64,000 bases of DNA, taken from contig PKDY01000039.1 of assembly GCA_002862755.1 (NCBI GenBank), positions 8,789-72,788 on the forward strand. Direction: 5' to 3'. Every line of letters starts with the position of its first letter. Position 1 is the stretch's first letter. The notes beneath the pieces are model-generated. The model had not been told where the DNA came from, searched no databases, and saw nothing but the letters and a program-made list of their open reading frames with translations. The translations under genes and the position numbers were made by a program. Below, piece by piece: positions 37,684 through 47,399 of this stretch. This stretch comes from Flavobacteriaceae bacterium. GTDB lineage: Bacteria > Bacteroidota > Bacteroidia > Flavobacteriales > Flavobacteriaceae.

Positions 37684-40600
37684 ATGAAATTTAATTACTT
37701 TAGAAAGCTTTTTTTTGTAAAAATAATTTGTGTTTTGGCTTTATTAGGCTTTCTGAACTCTTGTGCTACTTATTCTGTTCAAACGGGTAAAAATATTAAA
37801 AATCCAATTGCACCTATTGAGGTCGAAGCTCAAGAAGTGGATCATACTTTTTATTTAGTTGGTGATGCTGGAAATGCTGATGCCGTAAATTCAAAGCAAG
37901 CTTTATTGCCATTAGAAAATAAATTGGAAAAAGCCTCCAAAAACAGTACTTTAATGTATTTAGGTGATAATGTTTACCCAGTAGGAATGTCAGGTGATAA
38001 AGATACAGAAGAATATAAAACTGCTGAAAAAATCTTAGAAAACCAATTAAAAATTACTAAAAATTTTAAAGGTAAAACAATCGTTATCCCAGGAAATCAC
38101 GATTGGTATAGTGGCTTGAAAGGTTTGAATAATCAAGAAGATTTTGTTATTTCCTACTTAAAAGATAAGGAATCCTTTTCACCACGAAAAGGTTGTGCTA
38201 TTGAAGACTTTGAAATTAACGATAATATTACTTTAATTACGATTAATAGTCAGTGGTATTTAGAAGATTGGAATAAAAACCCAACGATTAACGATGATTG
38301 TAATATAAAGAGTAGAGATGAATTTTTTGCCGAATTTGAAAGCCTTTTAAATAAAAATCAAGATAAAACTGTTGTGGTTGCGATGCATCATCCGTTGTTT
38401 ACTAATGGAGTTCATGGCGGACATTTTGGAGTACGAAAAATGTTATTATCGGCTGAAAATTCATTTCCAGTACCTTTATTAGGAACTTTATATAATTTAT
38501 TGCGAAAAACTTCTGGAATTAGTTCTCAAGACGTTTTAAATAAAGATTATACCGCTTTATCCAAACGCATCCAAACCTTAATTCAAAAAAATGAAAATAT
38601 TATTGTGGTTTCGGGTCACGAACATAGTTTGGAATACATTGAGAAAAATGGTGTGAAACAAATTGTTAGTGGTTCTGGAACCAAAATAAATGCCGCAAGA
38701 GCAATCTACCCAAATGATTTTTCTTATGGAAAAAATGGTTTTGCTACTTTAGAAATCTTAAAAACAGGAGAAGGAATTCTTACTTTTTATGGGAAAGAGA
38801 ATGATAAAGAAATTGTGCTTTATAAACAATCTATTTTAAAACCAGTTAATACAGAAACAAAAGACTATCCTAACACATTTCCTGCATACAAAGAAGCAAC
38901 TGTATATGAGCCAGAAAAAACTAAAAAATCTGGTTTTTATAATTTTTTATGGGGCAAGCATTACCGCAATTATTATGGATTACCTATTAGGGCAAAAGTA
39001 GCCACTATTGATACTCTTTTTGGAGGCTTAAAAATTGATAGAGAAGGAGGAGGACAACAATCAAATTCTTTACGCGTAATTGATAAAAACAAACAAGAAT
39101 ATGTTTTGCGTGCTGTGAAGAAAAATGCAACTCGTTTTTTTCAAGCAGCTGTATTTACCGATCAATATGTACAAGACGATTTGAAAGATACGTATGTAGA
39201 AACTTTTTTAATGGATTTTTTCACAACTGGACATCCTTTTACTTCTTTCATAATTGATGATCTTTCAAAGAATATTGGTATTTACCATGCCAATCCAAAG
39301 TTGTATTACATACCCAAACACGATGCTTTAGGTAAATTTAATTCTAGTTTTGGTGATGAACTGTACATGGTTCAAGAAAGAGAATCGGATAGTCAATTGG
39401 ATGAATCTTCCTTTGGTAAACCAGATGATATTATTGGAACCGATGATTTATTTAAAAAATTGAGAAAAGATGAAAAATACCAAGTGGATGAGAAAGCATT
39501 TATTAGAGCCCGACTTTTAGATATGCTTTTAGGAGATTGGGATCGACATGCAGATCAATGGAAATGGTCGGAATTTAAAAAAGGAGATAATGAGGTCATT
39601 TATAAACCGATTCCAAAAGACAGAGATCAAGCCTTTCCTAAATATGGTGGCGTTTTAATGAGCTTAATTCTAAATCTTCCTGAATTTAGAAAAATGCAAT
39701 CTTATGATTCAGAAATTCAAAATTTAAAATGGTTGAATCATGTAGGTTATCAATTGGATATTGCTTTTTTACAATCAAACAAAAAGGAAGATTGGGAAAA
39801 ACAAGCGGTTTTTATTCAAGAAAATTTAACCGATGCGGTTATTGATAATGCCTTTTTACAATTGCCAAAAGAGGTACAAGACGCTACCAGTGATAAGTTG
39901 AAATCGGATTTAAAATCGAGAAGAGATCATTTAAAAGAATATGCAGTTCAATATCATAAATTATTAGAAAAGAGAGCGATTATTGTTGGTACAGATAAAA
40001 AAGAAGATTTTTATATTAAAAAAATTAGTCCCAATGAAATTGAAGTTTCACAGATTAGAAATAAGAAAGATGGTGAAGAACAGTTTATCATGAAACGTAC
40101 ATTTACCTCTAAAAATACCAAAGAAATTTGGATTTATGGTTTAGATGATGATGATAAGTTTATAGTTGAAGGTGACTTTAGATCGAAAATTCATGTGAAG
40201 CTTATTGGTGGTCAAAATAATGACGTTTATAAAATAGAAAACGGTCATAATGTGAAGATTTATGATTATAAGACTAAGGACAATACTTTTGAAATTGATG
40301 GAAAAACGAATACACGTTTGAGTGATGATTATGAAATGAATGTGTACACCTACAGAAAAGCCAAATACAATTCCTTTTCTGTTATTCCGGGAGGTGGATT
40401 TAATCCGGATGATGGTGTGAAATTAGGAGTAATTATGAATTATATTCACAATGGTTTTAGACAAAATCCGTATACGAGTAAGCATACTATAACGCCTAAT
40501 TATTTTTTCGCAACCAACGGTTTTGAAGTAAAATATAAAGGTCATTTCCCAAAATTAGTAGGACAACTCGATTTTAATATTGATGCTAAAATTACCAGTC

Positions 40601-41421
40601 CGAATTTTACCATTAATTATTTTGGATATGGCAATGAATCGGTTTATAATGATTTAGATGAAGATATAGAATTTGATTATAATCGAGTTAAATTAAGAAA
40701 TTTCAATTTTTATCCTTCTTTAAATAGAGTGGGAAAAAAAGGAAGTTTAGTAAGTTGGCAATTAGGATTTGAAGATTTAGAAGTTGAAAAAACTGCGAAT
40801 CGTTTTATTAGTGAACCAAATGTGGTAGCAGAACGCGTGTTTACGCACCAACAATATGCAAGTACCAAAGTAAGTTATGGTTTTGAAAACTATGATATTG
40901 TTTCTTTACCAACCTATGGCATGGGATTTTTATTGGCTGCCGAATGGAAAAGTAATTTAGAGGATACCAATAAGAATTTTTTCACTTTAGAAAGTAAATT
41001 TAATTTTTCTCATAAAATTTCTACGAAAGGGAATTTGGTTTTCGAAACCTTATTGAGAGGGAAAATAATTACAAACGATAATTTTGATTTTTATCATGCT
41101 GCAGCGATTGGCGGAAATAATGGCATACGTGGCTTACGAAATGAGCGTTTTATTGGAAGACAATCTTTTTATCAAACTTCTGATGTGCGATTGACTTTAG
41201 GAAGTATTAAACGCAGTTTTGTTCCAATGAAATATGGAATTATTGGAGGATTTGATTATGGAAGAGTTTGGACCAGTAATGATACTTCAAATATGTGGCA
41301 TACTTCTTATGGTGGAGCTCTTTGGTTAAATGGAATTAATATGGTAACTGCAAAACTGGGTTATTTTAAAAATCCGAATGACAAAGGACGTGTTACTTTT
41401 GCAGTACAATTTGGATTCTAA
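37684..41421 (+). CDS. Outer-membrane lipoprotein: calcineurin-like metallophosphoesterase + kinase-like domain + Omp85/ShlB-like beta-barrel
   Basis: Lipobox LNSC; GDAG, GDNVYP, GNHDW, HHP, GHEH; GGGQQS and GDWDRH; C-terminal GGNNGIRGLRNERFIG, GGFDYGRVW, terminal F. Confidence 0.85.
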   Translation: MKFNYFRKLFFVKIICVLALLGFLNSCATYSVQTGKNIKNPIAPIEVEAQEVDHTFYLVGDAGNADAVNSKQALLPLENKLEKASKNSTLMYLGDNVYPVGMSGDKDTEEYKTAEKILENQLKITKNFKGKTIVIPGNHDWYSGLKGLNNQEDFVISYLKDKESFSPRKGCAIEDFEINDNITLITINSQWYLEDWNKNPTINDDCNIKSRDEFFAEFESLLNKNQDKTVVVAMHHPLFTNGVHGGHFGVRKMLLSAENSFPVPLLGTLYNLLRKTSGISSQDVLNKDYTALSKRIQTLIQKNENIIVVSGHEHSLEYIEKNGVKQIVSGSGTKINAARAIYPNDFSYGKNGFATLEILKTGEGILTFYGKENDKEIVLYKQSILKPVNTETKDYPNTFPAYKEATVYEPEKTKKSGFYNFLWGKHYRNYYGLPIRAKVATIDTLFGGLKIDREGGGQQSNSLRVIDKNKQEYVLRAVKKNATRFFQAAVFTDQYVQDDLKDTYVETFLMDFFTTGHPFTSFIIDDLSKNIGIYHANPKLYYIPKHDALGKFNSSFGDELYMVQERESDSQLDESSFGKPDDIIGTDDLFKKLRKDEKYQVDEKAFIRARLLDMLLGDWDRHADQWKWSEFKKGDNEVIYKPIPKDRDQAFPKYGGVLMSLILNLPEFRKMQSYDSEIQNLKWLNHVGYQLDIAFLQSNKKEDWEKQAVFIQENLTDAVIDNAFLQLPKEVQDATSDKLKSDLKSRRDHLKEYAVQYHKLLEKRAIIVGTDKKEDFYIKKISPNEIEVSQIRNKKDGEEQFIMKRTFTSKNTKEIWIYGLDDDDKFIVEGDFRSKIHVKLIGGQNNDVYKIENGHNVKIYDYKTKDNTFEIDGKTNTRLSDDYEMNVYTYRKAKYNSFSVIPGGGFNPDDGVKLGVIMNYIHNGFRQNPYTSKHTITPNYFFATNGFEVKYKGHFPKLVGQLDFNIDAKITSPNFTINYFGYGNESVYNDLDEDIEFDYNRVKLRNFNFYPSLNRVGKKGSLVSWQLGFEDLEVEKTANRFISEPNVVAERVFTHQQYASTKVSYGFENYDIVSLPTYGMGFLLAAEWKSNLEDTNKNFFTLESKFNFSHKISTKGNLVFETLLRGKIITNDNFDFYHAAAIGGNNGIRGLRNERFIGRQSFYQTSDVRLTLGSIKRSFVPMKYGIIGGFDYGRVWTSNDTSNMWHTSYGGALWLNGINMVTAKLGYFKNPNDKGRVTFAVQFGF

Positions 41422-41442
41422 ATTGGAATAATAAATAAAGCA

Positions 41443-41480
41443 AAAAAGAGAGAGTAACCAATTCGTTACTCTCTCTTTTT
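41443..41480. terminator. Bidirectional intrinsic terminator
   Basis: 16-bp perfect stem AAAAAGAGAGAGTAAC/GTTACTCTCTCTTTTT between convergent genes. Confidence 0.85.
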
Positions 41481-41524
41481 ATAAATATATTACTGTATGT
41501 TATTTTTAATACGAAGTAGGAAAG

Positions 41525-42406
41525 CTATTCTTGAATTTTATATTCATAAATTTTACCACCTACTTTCTTTGTTTTTTCATCTGAAATAAGTAAGATGTCA
41601 TTATCTTTAAAGGTAACTCCTTCACGTTGCGTAAAAGAATTAAACTGCACCTCTTTTAGGCTACCTTTAGTGAAATTGTCTTCCACAAAATCAGAAAAAA
41701 TCCACATTCTTTTGTTACTTAATAAAACTACTTTATCTTCATCTGGACTAATAGCTACATCAGTAATAGCACAAGTTGTAAACTTATCACAAGTAACATA
41801 TTTGTTTAATAAAATGGCTTTATGTTCGCCTATTTCATTTGGAATTTTATAAATATGAGTCGTTCCATCAAAATCTTTACTTCTGTTTTTGGTAAACAAA
41901 TAGAAATAACCATCTTTATATAAGAAAGATTCACAGTCGTAAAATAACTCATCTTTTTTAGGAGGGAAATCTTCTTGATCCTCATAGTAAAATTCTATTT
42001 TTTGAATGGAATCAATAGCTTCTTTTTTTAAATCTGCTCGATTGATTTTATAAATGGCTAAATTTTTTCTTTTATTGTTGTTGTTACCAAAATCACCAAT
42101 ATATACATTTCCCTCTTCATCAGAAGTTAAAGCTTCCCAATCGTGATTTTTAATACCATTAAGCTTTACTTCGCGAAGTAGTTTTCCGTCTGTAGCTACT
42201 TGATACAATTTATCAGGATTGCCACTATCTTGAATGACCCATAAGGTATCATTAACATAAGTCATTCCAGAAACTTCATCTAATTTATTTGAAAATTCTT
42301 GTACTTCAGTTACATCAATTTGTTTGATATCTGAATCTAAAGAGATACAGGAATAGTATAATGCACTAGAAAACAAGAATGAGGTGAATATGAGGTACTT
42401 TTTCAT
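41525..42406 (-). CDS. SdiA-regulated/YjiK-like beta-propeller lipoprotein
   Basis: Lipobox YSC; DEVSGM, DSGN, DWEAL, YIGDFGNN, DCESF, QREGV repeats. Confidence 0.75.
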   Translation of the reverse strand: MKKYLIFTSFLFSSALYYSCISLDSDIKQIDVTEVQEFSNKLDEVSGMTYVNDTLWVIQDSGNPDKLYQVATDGKLLREVKLNGIKNHDWEALTSDEEGNVYIGDFGNNNNKRKNLAIYKINRADLKKEAIDSIQKIEFYYEDQEDFPPKKDELFYDCESFLYKDGYFYLFTKNRSKDFDGTTHIYKIPNEIGEHKAILLNKYVTCDKFTTCAITDVAISPDEDKVVLLSNKRMWIFSDFVEDNFTKGSLKEVQFNSFTQREGVTFKDNDILLISDEKTKKVGGKIYEYKIQE

Positions 42407-42447
42407 TTTAATTTATTTTAGTTTATAATAATTTTTAAAAGTAAGTA

Positions 42448-43293
42448 TTATTTTTCAAGCATTTTTACTTCTACAATATCGGAAGGTAATCCAAACCCTT
42501 TATCTAATAAAGATTTAAAAACTTTGAGCATAATATTACTTTTTAGTTTTACACCAGGAACTTTAATATCATTTGTCATATACCAATAAGAAACTCTTAC
42601 ATTAACGGTACTAGTCGCTAATTCATCAATTACAGCAAAAGGTTCAGGGTTTTTTAAAACACCTTCTTCATTTTGTAAAATAGATTCTATCACTTGTAGC
42701 GCTTCTTCAGTATTATCATTATAGTCTAGACCAATAACAAATTCGGTGCGTAATAAATCGTCTAAAGTATAATTCACCAAGCCATTTTTAGCAATCAATC
42801 CGTTGGGAATAAAAACTTCTTTACCATCTAAAGTTTTGATTAAGGTTTCTCTCAGAGACATATTGGTTACTTTTCCTTTGAAACCATCAATTTCAATAAG
42901 ATCTCCTATACGAAAAGGTCTTTTAAAAGCCATAATAATTCCTGAAAGGAAATTTTCTCCAATATCTTTTAAAGCAAATCCTATGATAAAAGTAGTAATT
43001 CCTGCACCAGCTAATATTTTATCTGTAATTTCACCTAAACCTAAAATACTGAGTGAAATAACCAATAAAAAGATAGTCAATACCAATGCAATTACATTCA
43101 CTAAAAAATCACTAACTAAAGGATCTTTTGATTTTTTATCAATCATATTAAAGGCCACGATTTTTAATTTTCGAATGATAAATAATCCGATGATAAAAAT
43201 ACCTAATGCAAATAAAATTGCAGGTAATGAATTGTAAAAATTATTCCAACTTTCTTGGAGTATTTCATTAATATTTTCTAATTGTCCCGACAT
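42448..43293 (-). CDS. Small-conductance mechanosensitive channel (MscS family)
   Basis: IIGFALKDIGENFLSGI...RPFRIGDLIEI...GKV..MSLRET, FIPN. Confidence 0.92.
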   Translation of the reverse strand: MSGQLENINEILQESWNNFYNSLPAILFALGIFIIGLFIIRKLKIVAFNMIDKKSKDPLVSDFLVNVIALVLTIFLLVISLSILGLGEITDKILAGAGITTFIIGFALKDIGENFLSGIIMAFKRPFRIGDLIEIDGFKGKVTNMSLRETLIKTLDGKEVFIPNGLIAKNGLVNYTLDDLLRTEFVIGLDYNDNTEEALQVIESILQNEEGVLKNPEPFAVIDELATSTVNVRVSYWYMTNDIKVPGVKLKSNIMLKVFKSLLDKGFGLPSDIVEVKMLEK

Positions 43294-43320
43294 TTTTTAA
43301 TGTATATATGAAGTAAAGAA

Positions 43321-44451
43321 TTATTGCACTTCTTTGCTTTTGTTTTTTCTAATTTTTTTCCAAATTTTCAATCGGTTTTTAGCTTTGCTACAAAAATATT
43401 TTTCATCGGCTTGACCTAAAACAAAACCAATAGGTTTAAATTTTTGTGAATTATCAAATAATACTTTTAAGGATGCTGTTATGGGTAAAGCGAGAATCAT
43501 TCCTGGAATTCCCCATAACATTGAAAAAAGTAAAATGGCTAAAATCGATACAAAAGAATTTAACGATACTTTGGAACCAGTTATTTTTGGAGTTATAAAA
43601 TTACCTTCAATAAATTGGATGAATCCAAAAATAGCAATTACACCAATCGCATACCAATACGAATCTTTAATTGCCAAAGCTACTAAAGCTGGTAATAAGG
43701 AACCAATTATAATTCCAATATAAGGTACTAATAGGAGTAAGGCACAAAGAAAACCGAAGAAAAAAGGATAATCAATGCCTAAAGCTAAAAGTCCGATACT
43801 GTTTAAAAGTCCGACTATTCCCATTACACTAACTAAACCGACTAAATAATTTTGTTGTACTTTATATAATTGTCTTAAAATAGCGCGCATGCTTTTTTTA
43901 GTACTGATTCGAGCAGTAGCTTTATATAAGAAACTTATTAAAAAGTTTCTGTATAACAACAGAAAAAACATATATAAAGGCGTAAAAAGAAAATCGCTAA
44001 TTACCGATCCTGATCGTGTAATAAAATCTAAAATCTTATTTGAATTTTGTTTTACAATTTCTTTTACTTCTAATTTATCAGTGCCTACAATATCCTCACT
44101 TTCAATTCCTGTGGAATTTTCAGTTTCTTTAATTAGGATATTTAATTTCTCTAAGATTTTATCATAATAGGTATCACTTTTATCCATTATGTCTTGAAAT
44201 TGTATTCCAATAGCAACGAAAATGACAAAAATAATGATGGTAAAAATGAGAATAGCAATTACTATTGAAACGATTCGATTAAAACATAATCGAGTTTCAA
44301 AGAATTTTACAATAGGGTAAACCAATACGCTAAGTAATATTGCAAATAAAATAGGTATTAAAAAATCTTGCAATATATATGACATGAATACAATCAATAT
44401 AAATGCAAATAAATCTTTTACAATATGAGTTTTTTGGATAGTTGTATTCAT
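43321..44451 (-). CDS. AI-2E family transporter
   Basis: LIPILFAILLSVLVYP, LLLVPYIGIIIG, QFIEGNFITPKITG, LWGIPGMILALP. Confidence 0.92.
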   Translation of the reverse strand: MNTTIQKTHIVKDLFAFILIVFMSYILQDFLIPILFAILLSVLVYPIVKFFETRLCFNRIVSIVIAILIFTIIIFVIFVAIGIQFQDIMDKSDTYYDKILEKLNILIKETENSTGIESEDIVGTDKLEVKEIVKQNSNKILDFITRSGSVISDFLFTPLYMFFLLLYRNFLISFLYKATARISTKKSMRAILRQLYKVQQNYLVGLVSVMGIVGLLNSIGLLALGIDYPFFFGFLCALLLLVPYIGIIIGSLLPALVALAIKDSYWYAIGVIAIFGFIQFIEGNFITPKITGSKVSLNSFVSILAILLFSMLWGIPGMILALPITASLKVLFDNSQKFKPIGFVLGQADEKYFCSKAKNRLKIWKKIRKNKSKEVQ

Positions 44452-44543
44452 TGTTCTTGATATAAAAAACTGTCTATAAATGTATTAATAGCTTAAGAAG
44501 TTACTAATAAATCCATAGACAGTAGTGTTACTTGATAATTAGA

Positions 44544-44729
44544 TTACAATTCAGCAATCCATTGTTTAATTTCATCTTTGGTTTTACCCACTTTCTTTTG
44601 GATACGTCCATAAAGTTCGTCTTCTTTACCTTCTTCGTAAAGTAAATCATCGTCTGTTAAATCAGCATATTTTTGTTTTAATTTACCTTTTACTTCGTTC
44701 CAGTTTCCTTTTAATTCTGTAGTGTTCAT
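44544..44729 (-). CDS. csbD: CsbD-family general stress protein
   Basis: [24 protein letters not shown]...G...EL.GRIQKK.GKTK signature. Confidence 0.93.
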   Translation of the reverse strand: MNTTELKGNWNEVKGKLKQKYADLTDDDLLYEEGKEDELYGRIQKKVGKTKDEIKQWIAEL

Positions 44730-44788
44730 AATGTTTGTATTTAAAAATTAATATTTGGTTTTTTTCATGTTTGTATATATGCTAAATT

Positions 44789-45268
44789 TTAGCTTAAATA
44801 TTTTCTTAAAATCCAAGATTTGGATTCATGATCTTGAAGTACACCCGTTAAGAAATCTGCTGTTCCAGCATCGTGAGCATCTTCTGCCTTTTCGATGAAT
44901 TCTCTTAATTGGATAATTATTTTTTCATGGTCGTCTAATAATTCTTCCAGCATTTGATTTTGGTTCACATATTTTGATTCTTCTTTAAGAATTGAATTTT
45001 CAATAAATTCTTTCATTGTACCAATAGTTTTACCACCTAATTTGCTGATTCTTTCTGCAACTTCATCAATAGTTTTTTCTAATTTACTATATTGATTTTC
45101 AAAAAGTTTATGCAATTCCATAAAACTATTTCCAGTTACATTCCAATGAAATTTTCTACTCTTAACATACAGAACCATCTCATTTGATAAAACCACAGTT
45201 AAGTCTTTAATACTTTGCGATAATTCTTTTTTTTCTAATCCAATTTTTGGTGCTAACATTGTTTCCAT
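44789..45268 (-). CDS. dps: Dps DNA starvation/stationary-phase protection protein
   Basis: KFHWNVTGNSFMELHKLFE..Y...DEVAERI ferroxidase motif; D.GTADFL, WIL. Confidence 0.93.
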   Translation of the reverse strand: METMLAPKIGLEKKELSQSIKDLTVVLSNEMVLYVKSRKFHWNVTGNSFMELHKLFENQYSKLEKTIDEVAERISKLGGKTIGTMKEFIENSILKEESKYVNQNQMLEELLDDHEKIIIQLREFIEKAEDAHDAGTADFLTGVLQDHESKSWILRKYLS

Positions 45269-45301
45269 GATGTATTCTTTTATTTGGTTTTTTATCTATT
45301 A

Positions 45302-45362
45302 CAAAGTTAAGTGGAGTGGTTAGGGAAATACTTATATGATTTTTGACAATACTTATATAATT
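45302..45362 (-). promoter_or_regulatory. Tandem-box promoter (regulon site 8) for dps-csbD
   Basis: -7 45302-45309 (sense TAACTTTG); TTATATGATT 45332-45341; TTATATAATT 45353-45362. Confidence 0.8.
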
Positions 45363-45381
45363 ATAAGTTGAGCCTTATCTA

Positions 45382-47178
45382 TTATAATTGCGGATCGTTT
45401 TCATAAATTTTACTTACTTCTTTTAAATCTCCACTAGGAGATTTCTTATTCTGAAAAGAAGCTACCCAATTTGCTACTACAATTTCACTGGTTGCACTAC
45501 AAGCTTGTAACCCATAAGAATAAGGACGTAAACCAGAACTATGTGTAAAACTAATATCTTGTATCGCTTCAATTGTATCTCCATTTGCATCTACAAGGCA
45601 ATAACTACTAGTAATAGTAATTCCTGGAAGTTCATAGAATGGAGTATTCTCTTTTATTGTAATTTTTTTTTCTTCATCAGAGGTTAATTCCATAGTATCT
45701 GGGTTCTTTTTAAAAGGAATTTGAGGTGGAGTAATATGTTCTTCTTTGACTAAAGATGGAAATGGATAGTCATCAACACTAATAGCACTTTGGCCACTGC
45801 AGTTGATAAACATTTGGTATAAATGAATGGTTTGTTTATCGTTATGTGTCACTTCAATTGTTGTAAAATCCTTGCTTTCCAAAATGTTTACATAACCAGG
45901 AACAATTTCTATTTTTTTAGCATCATAAAGCGCTAATAGTATTTTTGCAGAAGGAATAGGCATCGCTGCAATTACATTCATTAAAAATGGCATAATTTCT
46001 TTTCTGAAAAAAATATGATCTTCAGCAGGCAATAATTCAGCATGAAAATTAAGTGCATACATTAAATCATCAATGACTTCTTTCCAATGAATAGGTTTAT
46101 TTTTAGTAATGGAAACAGAGGCTTGTTTCATTTCTTCTCGCATGCCTTCAAAAGCATTTTCATATTCATGCTTATCTGCCATATCAGTAACGAAATCCTT
46201 AAAGGTATAATCAGTATTCGTTATTTTTTTTGATAATTGCATCAGCTTGTCTTTTTGAAAGGCTTTGGATAATGCTGGAACGCAAAATTTTGTAAAATAA
46301 GTGGAAAGGGTTAAAAATCCACCTTTGTCTAATGCATTAAAAAGTGCTTTTCTATCAAAATGTCTGTATATTTCTCGAATGGGCTCTTCTTGTTCATATT
46401 GTAGGTGTGGTAACCAACCGTGAGCAGCGTGCATGACAATTTTGAAATTATCGGTTCCTTTATAAGGTTGGTAAATATAGTTGCCCTTTGAGTCAGTTAC
46501 AAATTTGCCATGCCTTCTAGATAAAGAAGAAACTACATCAAAAGCACTAAGAGAAGCCCCAAGTGTTCCAATGGTAAAATTGTGGAAAGTTCCTTGTTGA
46601 GGTAAAATTTTATGTATAGGCCAAGGTGAAGCATAAAAACCATTTTTTTCTTGATCATCGTCTTTCCATTGATGCCCAGTTGCAATAATTACTTTGTCAA
46701 ATTCATATACTTTAATAGAGGTATGTAAACTGACCATTTTAGTTGTGTTGTCATACGTAATATCAATTATTTCAGTATTTGGGTATTCAATACATTGAAT
46801 TCCGAAATCTTTTATATTTTGGATAATAGATTGGTATTGAGATTGTAAATATTGGCCTAATGCCAAACGATTATATACTTCACTTTTACTTATATTATCT
46901 TTTTCTATTTCCAATTTTTTTAAAAAAGTAACGGATTGTTTTTTCAACCAATCTTCAAATGTGATTTCTAATTGCGGTAATTCTTCAGAGGAGATATTAG
47001 ACAAATTGTATAAATCTGTAGTAATAGGATTATAAGGCATTCCCATACCTAAAATCGTGTTCTTTTCAAAAATTGAAATAGAATAAATTTCTTTTTTTAA
47101 AATAGACATCTTATCTAAAAGATGTTTTAATAAATAAATTGAAGTTGCTCCACTTCCTATGATAGCAATGTTTTTCAT
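45382..47178 (-). CDS. FAD/NAD(P)-binding oxidoreductase (NAD_binding_9-like)
   Basis: IAIIGSGAT Rossmann motif, GMGMPY, IIATGH, GASLSAFD, INCSGQ. Confidence 0.8.
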   Translation of the reverse strand: MKNIAIIGSGATSIYLLKHLLDKMSILKKEIYSISIFEKNTILGMGMPYNPITTDLYNLSNISSEELPQLEITFEDWLKKQSVTFLKKLEIEKDNISKSEVYNRLALGQYLQSQYQSIIQNIKDFGIQCIEYPNTEIIDITYDNTTKMVSLHTSIKVYEFDKVIIATGHQWKDDDQEKNGFYASPWPIHKILPQQGTFHNFTIGTLGASLSAFDVVSSLSRRHGKFVTDSKGNYIYQPYKGTDNFKIVMHAAHGWLPHLQYEQEEPIREIYRHFDRKALFNALDKGGFLTLSTYFTKFCVPALSKAFQKDKLMQLSKKITNTDYTFKDFVTDMADKHEYENAFEGMREEMKQASVSITKNKPIHWKEVIDDLMYALNFHAELLPAEDHIFFRKEIMPFLMNVIAAMPIPSAKILLALYDAKKIEIVPGYVNILESKDFTTIEVTHNDKQTIHLYQMFINCSGQSAISVDDYPFPSLVKEEHITPPQIPFKKNPDTMELTSDEEKKITIKENTPFYELPGITITSSYCLVDANGDTIEAIQDISFTHSSGLRPYSYGLQACSATSEIVVANWVASFQNKKSPSGDLKEVSKIYENDPQL

Positions 47179-47230
47179 GGTTATTTTATCATTTATTCAT
47201 TACTTTTAAAAGGACTTTTTAAAAGTGTAT

Positions 47231-47291
47231 CTAAAGTATTTTATTATAAGTAAGTAGGTGTTACAGTATTTCATTTATGAATTACATAACT
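47231..47291 (-). promoter_or_regulatory. Tandem-box promoter (regulon site 9), weaker match
   Basis: -7-like 47231-47238 (sense TACTTTAG); TTACAGTATT 47261-47270; TTACATAACT 47282-47291. Confidence 0.55.
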
Positions 47292-47319
47292 ACCATTCAT
47301 TTTGGATAACAATACAGTT

Positions 47320-47379
47320 AGTTATATAAAAAAAGACGGAAAAGATGTAATATTTAAATCTTTTTAATAATTAATTTTA
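47320..47379 (+). promoter_or_regulatory. Tandem-box promoter (regulon site 10) for the ligase/helicase operon
   Basis: AGTTATATAA 47320-47329; AAAGATGTAA 47341-47350; -7-like TAATTTTA 47372-47379 (21-bp gap). Confidence 0.62.
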
Positions 47380-47399
47380 ACGTTTATTAATTAAGATAT

